Positions 13,316 to 25,949 of a stretch of DNA of 64,000 nucleotides are shown one piece after another (positions within the stretch are counted from its first letter, which is position 1; every line of letters begins with the position of its first letter). The stretch comes from Epiperipatus broadwayi (taxonomy: Eukaryota > Animalia > Onychophora), in contig JAQFVV010000001.1 in the NCBI GenBank assembly GCA_028023455.1, positions 34,286,001 through 34,350,000 on the forward strand, in the 5' to 3' direction. The translations under genes were made by a program, and so were the position numbers. Below the pieces are notes generated by a model. It ran no database searches. It was given only the letters and a program-made list of their open reading frames with translations, and had not been told where the DNA came from.

Positions 13316-14033
13316 ATAAATAAATGCGATAGCAAGGACCTCTACAGGTGTTTTAACCACAAGCTTACGCTATGGAAGAAAAGAGGGGAACCCTTCTTTA
13401 CTTCAACCTACTTTCTATTTAAATAGGTGAAGCTGAAGCGGTTAGATCTGCGAGCGTGAAGCTATTCAATACTTCACTGATTAAGTCCACATTTCTTATT
13501 ACACATTAATACTCGCGAAATCTTTCGATTTACAACGAGTCAATGGAAAGATTTTATAGTTAGAAATCTATTACAGTAATTTAAAGTTGTAATTATCGCA
13601 TTTATACGCATATTGTCGAGGTTATAGCCTCAGTAAATATTACTTACGTAATCAATGTGCGTTTAATAAATTTATAATTACAACTTTAAATTACTGTAAT
13701 AGATTTCTAACTATAAAATCTTTCCATTGACTCGTAAATCGAAAGATTTCGCGAGTATTAATGTGTAATAAGAAATGTGGACTTAATCAGTGAAGTATTG
13801 AATAGCTTCACGCTCACAGATCTAACCGCTTCAGCTTCACCTATTTAAATAGAAAGTAGGTTGAAGTAAAGAAGGGTTCCCCTCTTTTCTTCCATAGCAT
13901 AAGCTTGTGATTAAAACACCTGTAGAGGTCCTTGCTATCGCATTTATACGCATATTGTCGAGGTTATAGCCTCAGTAAATATTACTTACGTAATCAATGT
14001 GAGTTTAATAAATTTATAATTATAAATAAATGC
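13316..14033. mobile_element. Young non-coding insertion: 12-bp TSD, ~275-bp inverted arms, spacer repeated directly (342-bp period)
   Basis: TSD ATAAATAAATGC at 13316-13327 and 14022-14033. Arms 13320-13596 and 13674-13947 are reverse complements with 3 substitutions and one 3-nt indel. 13594-13680 is repeated at 13936-14022 with 1 substitution. Confidence 0.9.
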
Positions 14034-16059
14034 ATAACAAAAATTATAGTTATTTGCTATGTTATATTGATGGACCTAAACATGATAAAATACTACAAGT
14101 TTTCAAATTTCTAAGATTTGAAATAATGGCATTCAACCTTCATTAGCCAATCTATGCAAAATTCTACAAAAAAAAAAAAAAAGAGTACCACAATTGAATT
14201 ATGTAATTAGAGAGAAATTCAGCAGAAATTGGTACATTTCAACCAAAAAAAAAAAAAACCTGAAATAAAATATTAAATATTTACAAATAAAAATTAAGAA
14301 GGGAGTGCAACCATACTAATAAAAAAAATATATAGCTAAATTAGAAATAAATAAAGCAGCAGAATCATAAATAAATTAAAGGGAAAATTTTATAAATAAT
14401 TTTTTGAAATAAAATAAAATTGGTCTATACAAAATGTATAATTTTGATATTAATGGCCCTGGTCAAAAGCACATTAGTCATATTGAGAATGGAAGATGAA
14501 TAATATAGAATGGAAGGTGAATAATATAAAATCTGAAGAGGAAAAAATCCATAAGTTTTTTTTTATTTTTCAGGTAGGGAACTTTTTGCAATATGCAAAA
14601 ATTATAGTTTATCAAAACAATTATAAAAGAAGAAATATAGTAAAATATTTTTTTTTTATTTTTCACTATTTAACTCTGTTACATTTATATATTTTTTCTT
14701 TAAGCTGTAGAATGCTGTCATTTCAATTAATTTAGAAAACCATTGCAGATAACTGCTTTATATCAATCTTTATATGGAATTATAAGTACCCAAATTTGTT
14801 ATCCTAAAAGTTTATGAAGGTGAATTAACTTCAAATTACAATATAAGCCAGTGACTAGTTTTCCATATTAACAAGCGAATTTTGATCTATATTTTTATTG
14901 ATTTTATTCTTTGTTTATATTAAAACTTTTCCATTGGTTTTATTTTACCAAAGATCTTGAAGTTAATCTGATCTCATCTTCCATTATTAAAGAGTTATTA
15001 ATGTAGTGTTTAATCATCTAAAATGGTTTGGTTAAAATTAATTTAGATATACCTGTGTATCATTTTTATTACTGTTTGTATCAGGTGAATGTTATTAGAA
15101 AACAGCTACATATCAGTCATGCTAGTTTTAACTTATTTTATGATAACTAATAATTCAGAAATAAACACAGATATTTAATAAATAAATAGAATCATAGCTG
15201 ATGGTAATTTCTGTTCAGCTTTTATTGTTTAACTTTATAGATATGGTTAACTTATATATCGTTTTGATATTTATATAAAAAATATTTGTGTATTTGTATA
15301 ACCAAAACTAAATCTATTGGGCTACAGCCAAGCTCTAGGAAGAAATTAAAAAAAGAATAAAGAGAGAAAGACCAGTATTATAAAATTAAAAAAAAAAAAC
15401 AGAATGAAAATATTTAAGCCAGTGTTTGGCAGTAATTAATGAAAGAAAATATGATTGATAATAATTACATACTCGTGATGATTGGACCTTGTAGTAATTC
15501 AAGTGAGACTATAAATTATAAAAAGAAAAATAGGGATTCGGAATGAGAAAATAATTGTGATTTAGTTTTAGAAATTAGTAATAATGATTATATTAATTAT
15601 GTCAGGAAATTGATATTTCAGTTATCTTCCATTTAACTATATATACAGATTATATACTGTACATTTAGCATACATCTTAATTTGTAATGTGAACTGCTCT
15701 TAAATCATTTTTTGCTAAATGCCGATAAAAATCTTAAAAAAATAAATTTGACTGAATAAAGCTAATAAAAATTGTCAAATTTTATTAGCTTTAAAGTAAC
15801 TTGCAATAAAAATAGTTTAATGATATAAGCAAAATATTAATAATGATGAAATATTTAAAATAAACAGATTTAATTTTTTTCATTAATATCTAATATTAAT
15901 AATCAGCCCTAAAGCTAATGCACATGCGCTTTGTGGATTATAAATGAATATATAAAAAACCAGTTATCAAAAATTAAGTTGAATAAAAATATTGAAAATC
16001 TTTTTCTAAATACTCATCTGCATTTTGAATTATTTGAGACTGTAACATATGCAGAATCA

Positions 16060-16340
16060 AAATGGCCATAAAGAATTTTAATTTTTTCAAAAGTTTGTCT
16101 TGAGATTAGAAAAACTGATTTGACCACCTGAAAGTAATCTTCCCAAATGTACATTAATTTTGGTTTTACTTGGAAATAATCAAGTATAAAGCCTTTGTCT
16201 TATACAAAAAAGCATCATTGGATATGTCTTTTATTAACCAAGTCATTGTTAAAAATCTTAATACATTATTTTTAGTCATATGGACCTATACCTCACATAG
16301 CACTTGTTTTTTAATGTGAGGATTCGCAGTAACAATCATC
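16060..16340 (-). mobile_element. Possible highly decayed mariner-type transposase fragment
   Basis: Minus-strand translations MIVTANPH and CFFV*DKGFILDYF loosely resemble mariner IVTGDETW and VFWDxKGVILIDY; many stops. Confidence 0.3.
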
Positions 16341-17710
16341 ATCAATTTGTAACCACTATTTTAATTTATTATTGAGTATTTATTATAATGATTGTATAAA
16401 AAAATTGTAAAAAAACATTTTTGGCAACCATTTTGTAAAACTAATAACATCATAGGATAGTTATTAAGCTTTGTTATCCAAAAGCAAAATAGTGACTTTC
16501 ATGCTGAAATTATTTATACACTACACAATATTAGAGCTGTATATAATAATTTGATTAAAAATTTAAAGTATGATTAATGAATGTATAATACAGTATTTTA
16601 TTGAATTTTCACACAGCTTTTTTGCAAGATAATCAGTTCTTAATTCATGATATGTCCAAAGTAAAGATTTTCATAGTAATAATTACAAAAAGTGTTTCCT
16701 TTGGTATAATAAATAATCAAAATTATATTTTAATGACATATAACAAACAAATACATTAATGCAATATTAAATGTTAATATGTGTATATTAGTTTAAAAAC
16801 TACACTGCATTTCCTCACTTATGGATTAAAATTTTTGCTAACAATACTTTGCTTGCAGCAAAAATAATGATCATGGTATTATAATTTAGTTATTGTAATT
16901 GTTATTTGAGGAGGGGGTGATTTCATAATAATGAACTTTGTATAATCAAAAATTACTAAATCTAGATTAAAAATAACATCTCACAACATTATTGTACATG
17001 TATAAAGATGTAAAACTGGAAGAAGAAAAAATGTATTCAACATAAAACTGTTCATGTAAATGTATTTTCAGTTTTAAAAATGTATGCAAAATTCCATGTA
17101 AACAAACTGAAAAAGATTCATATCTTTAATATTTATTTAAATAGTTTAACTGCACTAGTCGAAAATTTTTAGTCATTTCAAAGAACATATCTATTGCACT
17201 TAATAAATGCAACATCTCATGGCAAAAAAAATGCCACAGCTAGCACATTTGTATATAAAGTGATATTTATTTATATCTACATAGTACATAGTGTAAAAAA
17301 AAAAAAGTCTTAAATATTCATTACAATTTGCAAACACAGATTGCATTAGAGAGATTTTTTTTAATACATCAGATGGTTTTGACAATGTATAATATGCTAA
17401 TTTTACTATTCTTACACTAATAATAAATAACAAGTCATTATGATCAATTAAATAAATTATTATTATTTTTAAATTGTAAATAATTTTATGTAAGTAATAG
17501 TACAAATTTGAAAAAATAAAATAAAACTTCAGTATAGATTTTTTTTTTCAATGCAATGATAAACAATTGTGCAGAAAAACAAAAAATTGTTAACTGCTAG
17601 TTTATTTTCACTTCCTTGTCCATTTTGCTGTCCTTCTGGATTGCATATATATATATATTATAGCGATTTTGTTTAAAAGTTTATTGCTACATAGATTTTC
17701 GATTACAATC

Positions 17711-18050
17711 ATGGCTGCAAATAATATGCCCATGAAAAAAATCAAGGAAATTTCTGAGCTTTGAAACAGAAATTGATATCTTAAGTCAATTGGGAAGGGA
17801 AGAGAAGGAAATCATAATATTTGATCTTCTATGGATTTATCCACATTTACCATTGCCACTATTTTAAAAAACAAAGATGAAATAGAACAAAGTGCTCAAA
17901 TCATTGTAGATATATCCAAACTTTCCAAAATCCAAGAAGCACATCAACTGTCCATTCTGAAGGATTTAGAAGACAACAATGCATCTTAGAATAAGCAATT
18001 CATGATTCAGAAAATTAGATAATTATAATTGAATGGATCACTACAAAGAA
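17711..18050 (+). mobile_element. pogo/Tigger transposase N-terminal (HTH) relic
   Basis: Frameshifted translation MAANNMPMKKIKEISEL..ETEIDILSQLG..STFTIATILKNKDEIEQSA..IIEWI matches the Tigger/CENP-B-type ISLETKL..STIxTILKNKxKI..LLxWI pattern. Confidence 0.6.
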
Positions 18051-19347
18051 TAACTTTAGGATATAATGTTTTTTACATAGATTTAAGTTACATTATCATA
18101 CGTACATATTTTAAATGCATACTTGCATAATATTACACATAACACAATTTACACAAGCATATAATGTACATTAAAATAATTTTTTAATTACTATATATAT
18201 ATTAGGTTAAGTTGTTCACAGTTTATAAGATAATTTTTATCTAGAATAGCTAGCCAAATTTTTCTCCATAGGAAATCATTATAATTATTTATTCTTCATG
18301 CAATATTCTTGCTTAATGATACATTTTGGAAGACCAATTGCCCTTACTAAGTGGGGTAATGGTATAATTTCAATTAATGCATATATTATAAATTTGAGAA
18401 ATATTTAAAAAAATTAGCAAATTTTTGTGATTGAAATTATGAAATGAAATATTATACTGTCTTGAAGATTTATTTATTATTTAATATATAATTAATATTG
18501 ATTTATGTGGTGTTATATGTTGGAGTAATAGTGAAAATTTAAAATCAATGTTCTCATTGCTTTAACATATTCTATTTTATTTATTTAATTTGTAGGATGT
18601 ATATATTTTTAATATGCATTTATATTATGTCCTGAAAATGACACATAACTATAAAGAAATAGAAACCATGGCAATTTGATAAATAAAAACTAAAACATAA
18701 AAAATGATTCAATAGTTTTAATAACAGAAAAGGGTTCACACAAAAATAATACTGTCTTATATTTATACCATTGAAATAGAAAAAATTATTGATAAAAAAT
18801 AATATATGTAAATTATTAAGAATAGTAAGGAATAAGCTTTTGAATAAATCATGTATAAGAATAATATTTACAATATCAATAATATGATCATATCTTATTG
18901 CCTTTCAGTGCCTATGATCTAATGAGACATTAAATACTGGAAATTATAACTGGTAAAAATGTTTTCAAATAACTCGATCCCAGTGTATCCTTTTTCAATA
19001 AGCAAGTTTATACTACATACCATTATTTCTTCTTCTTCTTTTTTTTTTTTTTTTTGATGGTGTACCCCCAATTCACAATTCATCAAAAATTGCTAGTCTG
19101 TATTGATCACACAGAATATATATATATATGATAGGTAAAACAGCATTTAAATAGTTCATTTCTCAACAAACAATTCTCCATCTTCAGAGAAACTGAAGAA
19201 GAAAATAACAGGGTAGTCAAATATTCAATGGTAAGAATTGCTTTATAACCCAATCAACAATAGCTGGGTACCAATAGATCATAAAAATAGCCAAATGTAT
19301 TGTTTTTCAATAAAAATCAAAAAGAAATACTTTTCAGGTTTTTTCAG

Positions 19348-19542
19348 TTGGTATTAACTATGCTATGACGTATTACACCGAAGTCGTCATATTCTAATCT
19401 TATGATCTTTAAGATAATGTCTCCAAGTGATTTGCGAACAAACTTAATCGATAAGATTTGCCTGCAGATCACGTGGAGAAGTCACCTTGAAGATCGCAAG
19501 ATTAGAATAGTATGCAGTACGTCATAGCATAGTTAATACCAA
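19348..19542. mobile_element. Palindromic (fold-back) MITE, 195 bp
   Basis: Ends TTGGTATTAACTATGCTATGACGTA / TACGTCATAGCATAGTTAATACCAA form a perfect 25-bp inverted repeat. Imperfect complementarity continues to the centre (~19450). Confidence 0.8.
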
Positions 19543-19757
19543 AGAAGGAGGTGTCGATGTTGCCATGTTGGCCATTCCGTGCCCTGAACCAAATAAATGG
19601 AATAATAACCAATAATTTACTACGGAAAAAAAAAAGTTATGAAAAATGTAAATATAAATAATCAAAACAATATTTAAATAATCATTTGGCCCTGAAACCA
19701 AGAAAATGCAATACTACGTAATAATTTAGCAAGAGAAAAAAATATTTAAAATGAAAA

Positions 19758-20235
19758 ATTATTAACAATATTTAAGTAATCAACAAACGAAATAATACCT
19801 AATAATTTACTCCACTAAAATATTATCATAAATTAGAATTTTTGAAGAGTATTTAACAAATTTATTACATTCAATAAAAAAAATTATCTCAAATATTTAC
19901 TACAAATAACTGCCTTTCTGAAATGCTGCGATACTGAAAAAGGAAAAATGGCTGATTTTACAACCAATTTTTTCTGTACTGTTCCAGAATATAATTATTA
20001 ACCATATTTAAGTAATCAACAAATGAGAGGAATAATAACTGATAATTTACTCGACTGAAATATTATCGAAAATTAGAATTTGTATTTAATTAAATATTTA
20101 CATTTTTTAAAAAAAAAGCAAAAAAATTTTTCTCAAAATTTTTAACTACAAATAACTGCCTTTCTGAGCTACTGCGATACTGACAAAGGAAAAATGGCGG
20201 CCTTACGACCCATTTTTCCCATATCGTTTTCGTAA
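19758..20235. repeat. Tandem duplication, ~236-bp period, downstream of the Merlin ORF (likely subterminal repeats)
   Basis: ATTATTAACxATATTTAAGTAATCAACAAA at 19758 and 19994; shared TACAAATAACTGCCTTTCTG..CTGCGATACTGA..AAGGAAAAATGGC blocks. Confidence 0.75.
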
Positions 20236-20306
20236 TAAAATTACAAAACTGTATTTTATATAAAAAAAAAAAAGTATACCAAATAAATTCTACTTACAAA
20301 TAGAAG

Positions 20307-21204
20307 TCACTGCGGTGGATTGAATTCGCAGATATGTTGCAAAATAGAAGTCAAAGGCTCATCTTTGAAGCATCGCCTCCACATAAATTCAGTTAAATAG
20401 GAATCCAGATGTCTAGCTGTCCCTCTGTGCTTTTTGTTCCGCCATTTTACTAAACCCCACAACCTTTCTATATTTTGAGTGTGGACTCTGGTTGATGGGT
20501 CCACAAAATTGTACATGTGGTGGTTGACTTGAAGGTGATCGTATCTGGCCTTCTTTAATTCTTTATTTTTATAACCTTTCCAGCAATCGCTGTAAATCGT
20601 AGATCCTTCCTCTACATTTTCTCTGATGGTTCGCATCAGAGTGGACGCGGTTCTGTCTGAATGGTTATCACAAAACATTGATCCGTCTCTCTGCAAACAC
20701 CACCAAATATCCACTGCTGGGGGAGTACTCTGCCGGTGTTATTTTTACATTTTGAAAAAAGACTTTTGTCTATTTTGACGACCCTGTTAGGGCCTCCAAT
20801 TTTCTTTTTTCCTTATGTAACAGTCTCCAGGTGCACATTTCGCGGAGATAATTATTCCAATCAACCGCTGTTTTACTGGCGATTTTTAATTGCTCTTCAC
20901 AAAATTGTACCGATGTCAATTCTCTAGACCAACTATATGAATCTAACCGCAGTAGCAAAACTGATTCTGGATCCTTCACACCAAGTCACTTTTCTGATTG
21001 CAATTCTTTTCAAACAATCTTTAAAATTACATTGCCATTGCTTCTCATACTTATTAATATGTATATAGTCATTTCATGGCCTTTATCACAACATTTTCCA
21101 CTCGGGATGATTCCATAAGTCTAGAAGAATGCAATTGCTTTCTCTTCGGAAAATGGTAAGTTCCATAATTTAATATCTTTCTTTGGTTTTTCCTTTTCTG
21201 ACAT
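20307..21204 (-). pseudogene. Merlin (ISXO2/IS1595-like) DDE transposase pseudogene
   Basis: From ATG 21204 (MSEKEKPKK..EEKAIAFF*) through TAVDWNNYLREMC, KIGGPNRVVKIDKSLF, QWIFGGVCRET, STIYSDCWKGY, HLQVNH, FVDPSTRVHTQNIERLWG, HLDSYLTEFMWRR to stop 20307. Several stops and frameshifts. These motifs are characteristic of the DDE_Tnp_IS1595 domain. Confidence 0.9.
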
Positions 21205-24200
21205 TTTTGTTGATTAGTAATGAAATTTGAAAAATTAGTAATAAAAAATTAGTAATAAATTCAACAATAAATGGTAATTAGATAGTAATAATAGCAATAA
21301 TCAGTAATAATTCTGCAATCAAAATGTAAAAGTAGCAATAAAAAGATTAAAATTTCACAAAAAAAAATAAAAATGGTGGATAACACACAATAAAAAACAT
21401 CTCGCTTGAAAGACGACAGCAGGTAAAAGACAGATATTTACCACAATTCACCAAAATATTCAAAATCTCAAAGGTGACCACAAACCCACCTTTATTTTAT
21501 TATTAGAATCTGAGAATAAAGTGATTGAACAAATTTCCTTGCTTCATTTAACTTGTAAGATTCTCAGCTGTTTGCCGTTTTTTTTTTTGTTTCAAATTAA
21601 TTACTATTCTCTCCTTTTTTGTTTAAGTAACCTAATGGAAAAACATTTTAACATGTCAACAAAATATTTCAGCAAGAATTAAAACAGTGCTTTAAAAAGT
21701 ATTATGATTTTAATCAGTTAAACATTTGAAATATCTCATTTTTCATTTGCGTTTGAATTGTCATACAAAAGTATTTCTGAAGAAATAACAAACCATATAG
21801 AATTTTTATAGCTTTTTTTTTGTAATGTTTTGCTTCTTTCAATGATAGTTTCTCCAACATAATCTGAAAAACTGAAATTGCATTCTTATCTCAAATAAGG
21901 AGTCAGTTTTTAAATTGTAATCCATCACTATTATTAAAAGATATCTTTTTATTATGTTTGGAGTTTATAGTTGAGGTTGTAGTTTTAGATATAAAAATAA
22001 ATTGCTAAAAAAAAATTTTTTTAAATTTATTCTTTATCCTTTCTCTCACATTACAAATATTTTTGTTTATTACTGCTGAACAATGCCATTTGTCCAAAAC
22101 ATCTACATAACATATTATTATGTCAACTATTTCCTTTATATGCTTGTTGTTGGGTTTTTTTCAGTGTTTAAATTTTATTAAATGATATAATATTACCATT
22201 TTAATTCTTTAACCGTCTTTTTCAAAAAAAACTTTTCTATGCTGTTAAATGGCAAGAAAAAGATATTTGAAGAAAATTGAATAATCAAAATGTTGACATT
22301 ATTTTAAAAATTAAAATATTGCAAAAGCCAAGTATATAAAATAAATAGTTTACTTACTCTGTAAAGAGACTAATATTTATGTAACTTATTAGAAATTTAT
22401 TTGGATTATATTTAATTATTAAATAAGAATTATAAATGTTCTTGTTCCAATTTAAGAACACGAAGATGAACTTTTGAAGAGATGTGAAGTTATATGATAC
22501 CTGAAAATTACACTTTTTTAATAAAGTTTATTTGCTTAGGTTTTAAATATACTAGTAGGGGAAAAAAAAGTATTAACTGTTTTTGGTCATTCTCTATAAC
22601 TGTAGAATCAATGGTATGAACAATTTAGAGGCTAGTTTTGTATCTCTAAAATTCTAAAAGAACTGGAATACCAAAATTGAAAAAGTAAAAATGTAATCCT
22701 GGGTTTGCTGTTGTAATCTCATTTTTGAAAAAGAAAGATTCTTTTGGAAATAAAAGTGTTCTGTGTGATTGAATTCAATTATGTTTTAATGTGACATGAC
22801 CTTCAGAACAGCTAAACATTCAGTTATTTATTTATCTAATAACAAATATCATCTATGTTTTATATATTTGTGCACCTATTGTTATAATATATATAAATTA
22901 TTATGATGAAATAGATCTTACAGTTTTTGATTTTAATATTAAACACCTGTCTTCCTTTTTTTTTTTTTTGTTTTATTTTTAACTTTGAAATATAAATTTA
23001 TGTTTTTAATTGATCACATTCAAATGCAAAAAAATTTTTTACACATTACTTAAACAATTACAACAGGAAATTAAAGCATTATTAACTGAATAATTGGTAA
23101 TTTGAGAAATTAGTATTTTAAAACAATGTTCTTAAAAATGAGATAGGTATGATGTTAAATTTTGAACTTTTAATTAAATTCTAAAAATTGTTACAATTAT
23201 TTATATGCAGAGTAATTATAATTATCCTGTTAATGTCAGAAATCTAGGAGTGTTTTATTTCAAGTTTAAATGTCTAATGAGGTTTTAATGATCAAAATAC
23301 CTATACACAGATAGTCTTTAAAGAACAATAGATTTTATGTTATTACTACACATGCCACTGTTAAAATTTGAAACATTAATTTATTCAGAAATCATAAAAT
23401 GTCTAAAAAAAAAATTGTTCTTTTATCTATCCAAATACATTTTAAGATAATGATAGGTTATAGTAACTGATAAATCGTTTAAGGATACTGTATTTAGTTA
23501 AAATGTAAGTAGTTAAAAATTATATTAATTAAATATATGATTGATGTAATGCATATTTTAAAATATATTAATCTAAAACTAGAAATTTCTCTTGTAACCT
23601 TTTTTCCTACCTGCCAAATTCATCACCAAGAGAGGGGGGGCTGATTACTGAATAAATCTGTTAATAAAAACAATTGAGCATATATATTTAGATATTATCT
23701 TCAGATTAATATTGTAACTGAACAGATGGAAGAATGTTTGTTTTTTTTATTCCTAATACATGTATCATATGTTGGATGTACCAATAAAAATTGTATAAGA
23801 TCAATATGAACAATAAATTATATTTTTGAAAATCTTGTATATATAATGATAAATTTAGTTGAAATTATAATCCACCAATTTTTATTACTATGCAAAAATC
23901 ATTACCTTTAAATTATGTACAAAAAGAATAAAGTTATTAGTTGCAGAGGATATGATATCTAAATCAGATGATATCAGTGTTGCAAATTTTCAGATTTTTT
24001 TTTTTTATTTTGTTGTTGATTAAAAAAAAATAATATGTAGGATCTATATGTATCCAATCATTGTTGTGCAGTGAGATTAGAGAGGAACACAATTAATTTA
24101 TATATATATATAATTATTTATTTATTCATAAAATATTACTTTATTTAAAAATTGTCAGTTCTTGTTTACAAATTGATTAATAAATTCTTCTTTATTTGAT

Positions 24201-24819
24201 ATTAAAGCTAATTTTGATAGATGTTCTTATCCAATAACATTTTAACATTATTTTTAATTTCATACTGAAATAATTTTTTTACAAATATTTCTGGTAGAAA
24301 ATTTAATGTGAAATAATAATATTTGTGGAAAGATAAAATTTAAATCTGAAGAATTTATTTAAAGTTTATTAATATCTTTATTTTTAAAATCATCGTAAAT
24401 GCCTACTGTTTCCTTTCATAACCTTAAAAAGTTTAATATCCATCATAAAGATGCTTTAAATTTTTATGTTATCTTGCAGGAATTTTATAACATTTTTGGA
24501 TTAATCGGTTTGAGAAAAAGTAACCACTCATTTAATTGTATGAAAATTGCTAAGATTTCAAAGAAAATATCTTTTGCAGTTGCTTTTTGGATAACATTTT
24601 TTTCTTTAAGCTACTGTCAATGTGTATGTATAGACTTATTTGACTTTCCCAATAATTTTTAAGCTGATCACATTTTCACGATTTGTTTTAAACATCTATT
24701 TTTAATGAACAATATTTGTAGTCATTGGTTTGCTTTATAAAATATACTATAGATCATCTATTAAATAAAAAATAATCAAAGAAATATTAAAAAAAAAAAA
24801 AAAAAAACAATTTTGTCAA

Positions 24820-24891
24820 GCGTTGGTGACCGAGTGGTCAGCACAGCCGCTTTATAAAGCAGATGTCCCAGGTTTGCTTCCCGACCGATGC
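24820..24891 (+). ncRNA. Degenerate tRNA-like sequence (tRNA pseudogene or tRNA-derived SINE head)
   Basis: 72 nt. Acceptor stem GCGTTGG/CCGATGC (two G-U pairs), A-box-like TGACCGAGTGG, B-box-like GGTTTGCTTCCC. Anticodon and T stems are imperfect, so it is not called a functional tRNA. Confidence 0.6.
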
Positions 24892-25949
24892 TTTGACACA
24901 TGAAATAGAAAGCAATTGAAATTATTTTTGTCTGAGGAAATGCATGATGTGCTAAATGCCTCTGTCCCATTTCCGTGAATTTTTTAAAATCATGTATTAC
25001 TATTAAATCCATCAAGCATTTCAATAATTCTTTCATTAAATACTCATTTCATCAGATCTGCAGATGGAATCTTCATCTGCTTTATTTAGTTCATTGGTTG
25101 GTTTTGGAAAAATTACTGGAAAGAAATACTAAATCATTAATTGTTTTAAAGATTTTACATTTTTCTATTTATGGTTTTTGCAAAACCTTTAGACAAACAA
25201 GATTTAATCTACTAGTGGAGCAGTGAACAACAAAAAAAAAAAGATTCTGAAAATTGTTGCTTTACCATCATGAATTTGGCCATCTAACTTTTTCTTATTC
25301 TTTTTTTTTTTTTAAGTTGAAATATATATTCAGCCTTGTATCATGGTTAATATTTAAATATTCTATAAATTGTTCATGAACTTTTTGCATTTAATTAAAT
25401 AATACCTGGCCATGGTTAATGTTTTTTTTTTAATGAGGGAAAAAGTCATGATCAACAAAGTATTTTTTTTCATTATATTATTATTCTTTTAGTTACCTTT
25501 TTTTTTTATTTTGCAATGGGCCATTCTTTTTTATATATATTTTAGTTTTTAATGAATAAAAAATATATTTTTTTCATCATATATGTATGTTTTTGGAAAT
25601 TTTTTTATTAAAAACATGATTTGAAAAAATGGAAGAAATCTGGAAAATAAAATTTTAACTTTGCAAATAAAATAAGAGTTACAAACAGAAATATATAAGC
25701 AAAAAAAAACCATTTTGCTTTCACCTAAAAAGAAAAGAGATTTTGATGATTGGGGGGTGGGGGTGTAATTTTTCTTAATTGCATATGAATGGTTAAGGCA
25801 GTTTAAAATAAAGAACATGTTCAAATAATGAAAATATGCTTATGAGTTTGAAAAGGAAGTTTTTTAACAGCTGTATTTTACTAGTTCTTATTTATGAAAC
25901 TGAAACTTTGATACTTAACAGTAGAACAATTCAGAGATTTCAGACCAAG

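Noticed and set aside
13468-13545. Hammerhead ribozyme in the 342-nt unit (CTGATTAAGTCC...CGCGAAATC)
   Set aside because: The core is CUGAUUA, no stem II pairs up to the GAAA, and stem I does not form; no CUGANGA on either strand.
15311-15345. TIA1 linker exon candidate (TGGGCTACAGCC = WATA)
   Set aside because: No KVN before it, an in-frame stop two codons later, and no splice sites.
9017-17505. Short ORF-track entries in AT-rich DNA (e.g. 9017-9217, 10722-11054, 14478-14735, 17200-17505)
   Set aside because: F/I/K/Y/N-rich translations of homopolymer runs, no domain motifs; expected by chance.
19545-21500. Merlin TIRs and TSD
   Set aside because: No matching inverted termini found between 19545-19600 and 21400-21500.
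24820-24891. Functional tRNA gene
   Set aside because: Anticodon loop and stem and T stem are imperfect, and the B box lacks TTCG; anticodon not assignable.
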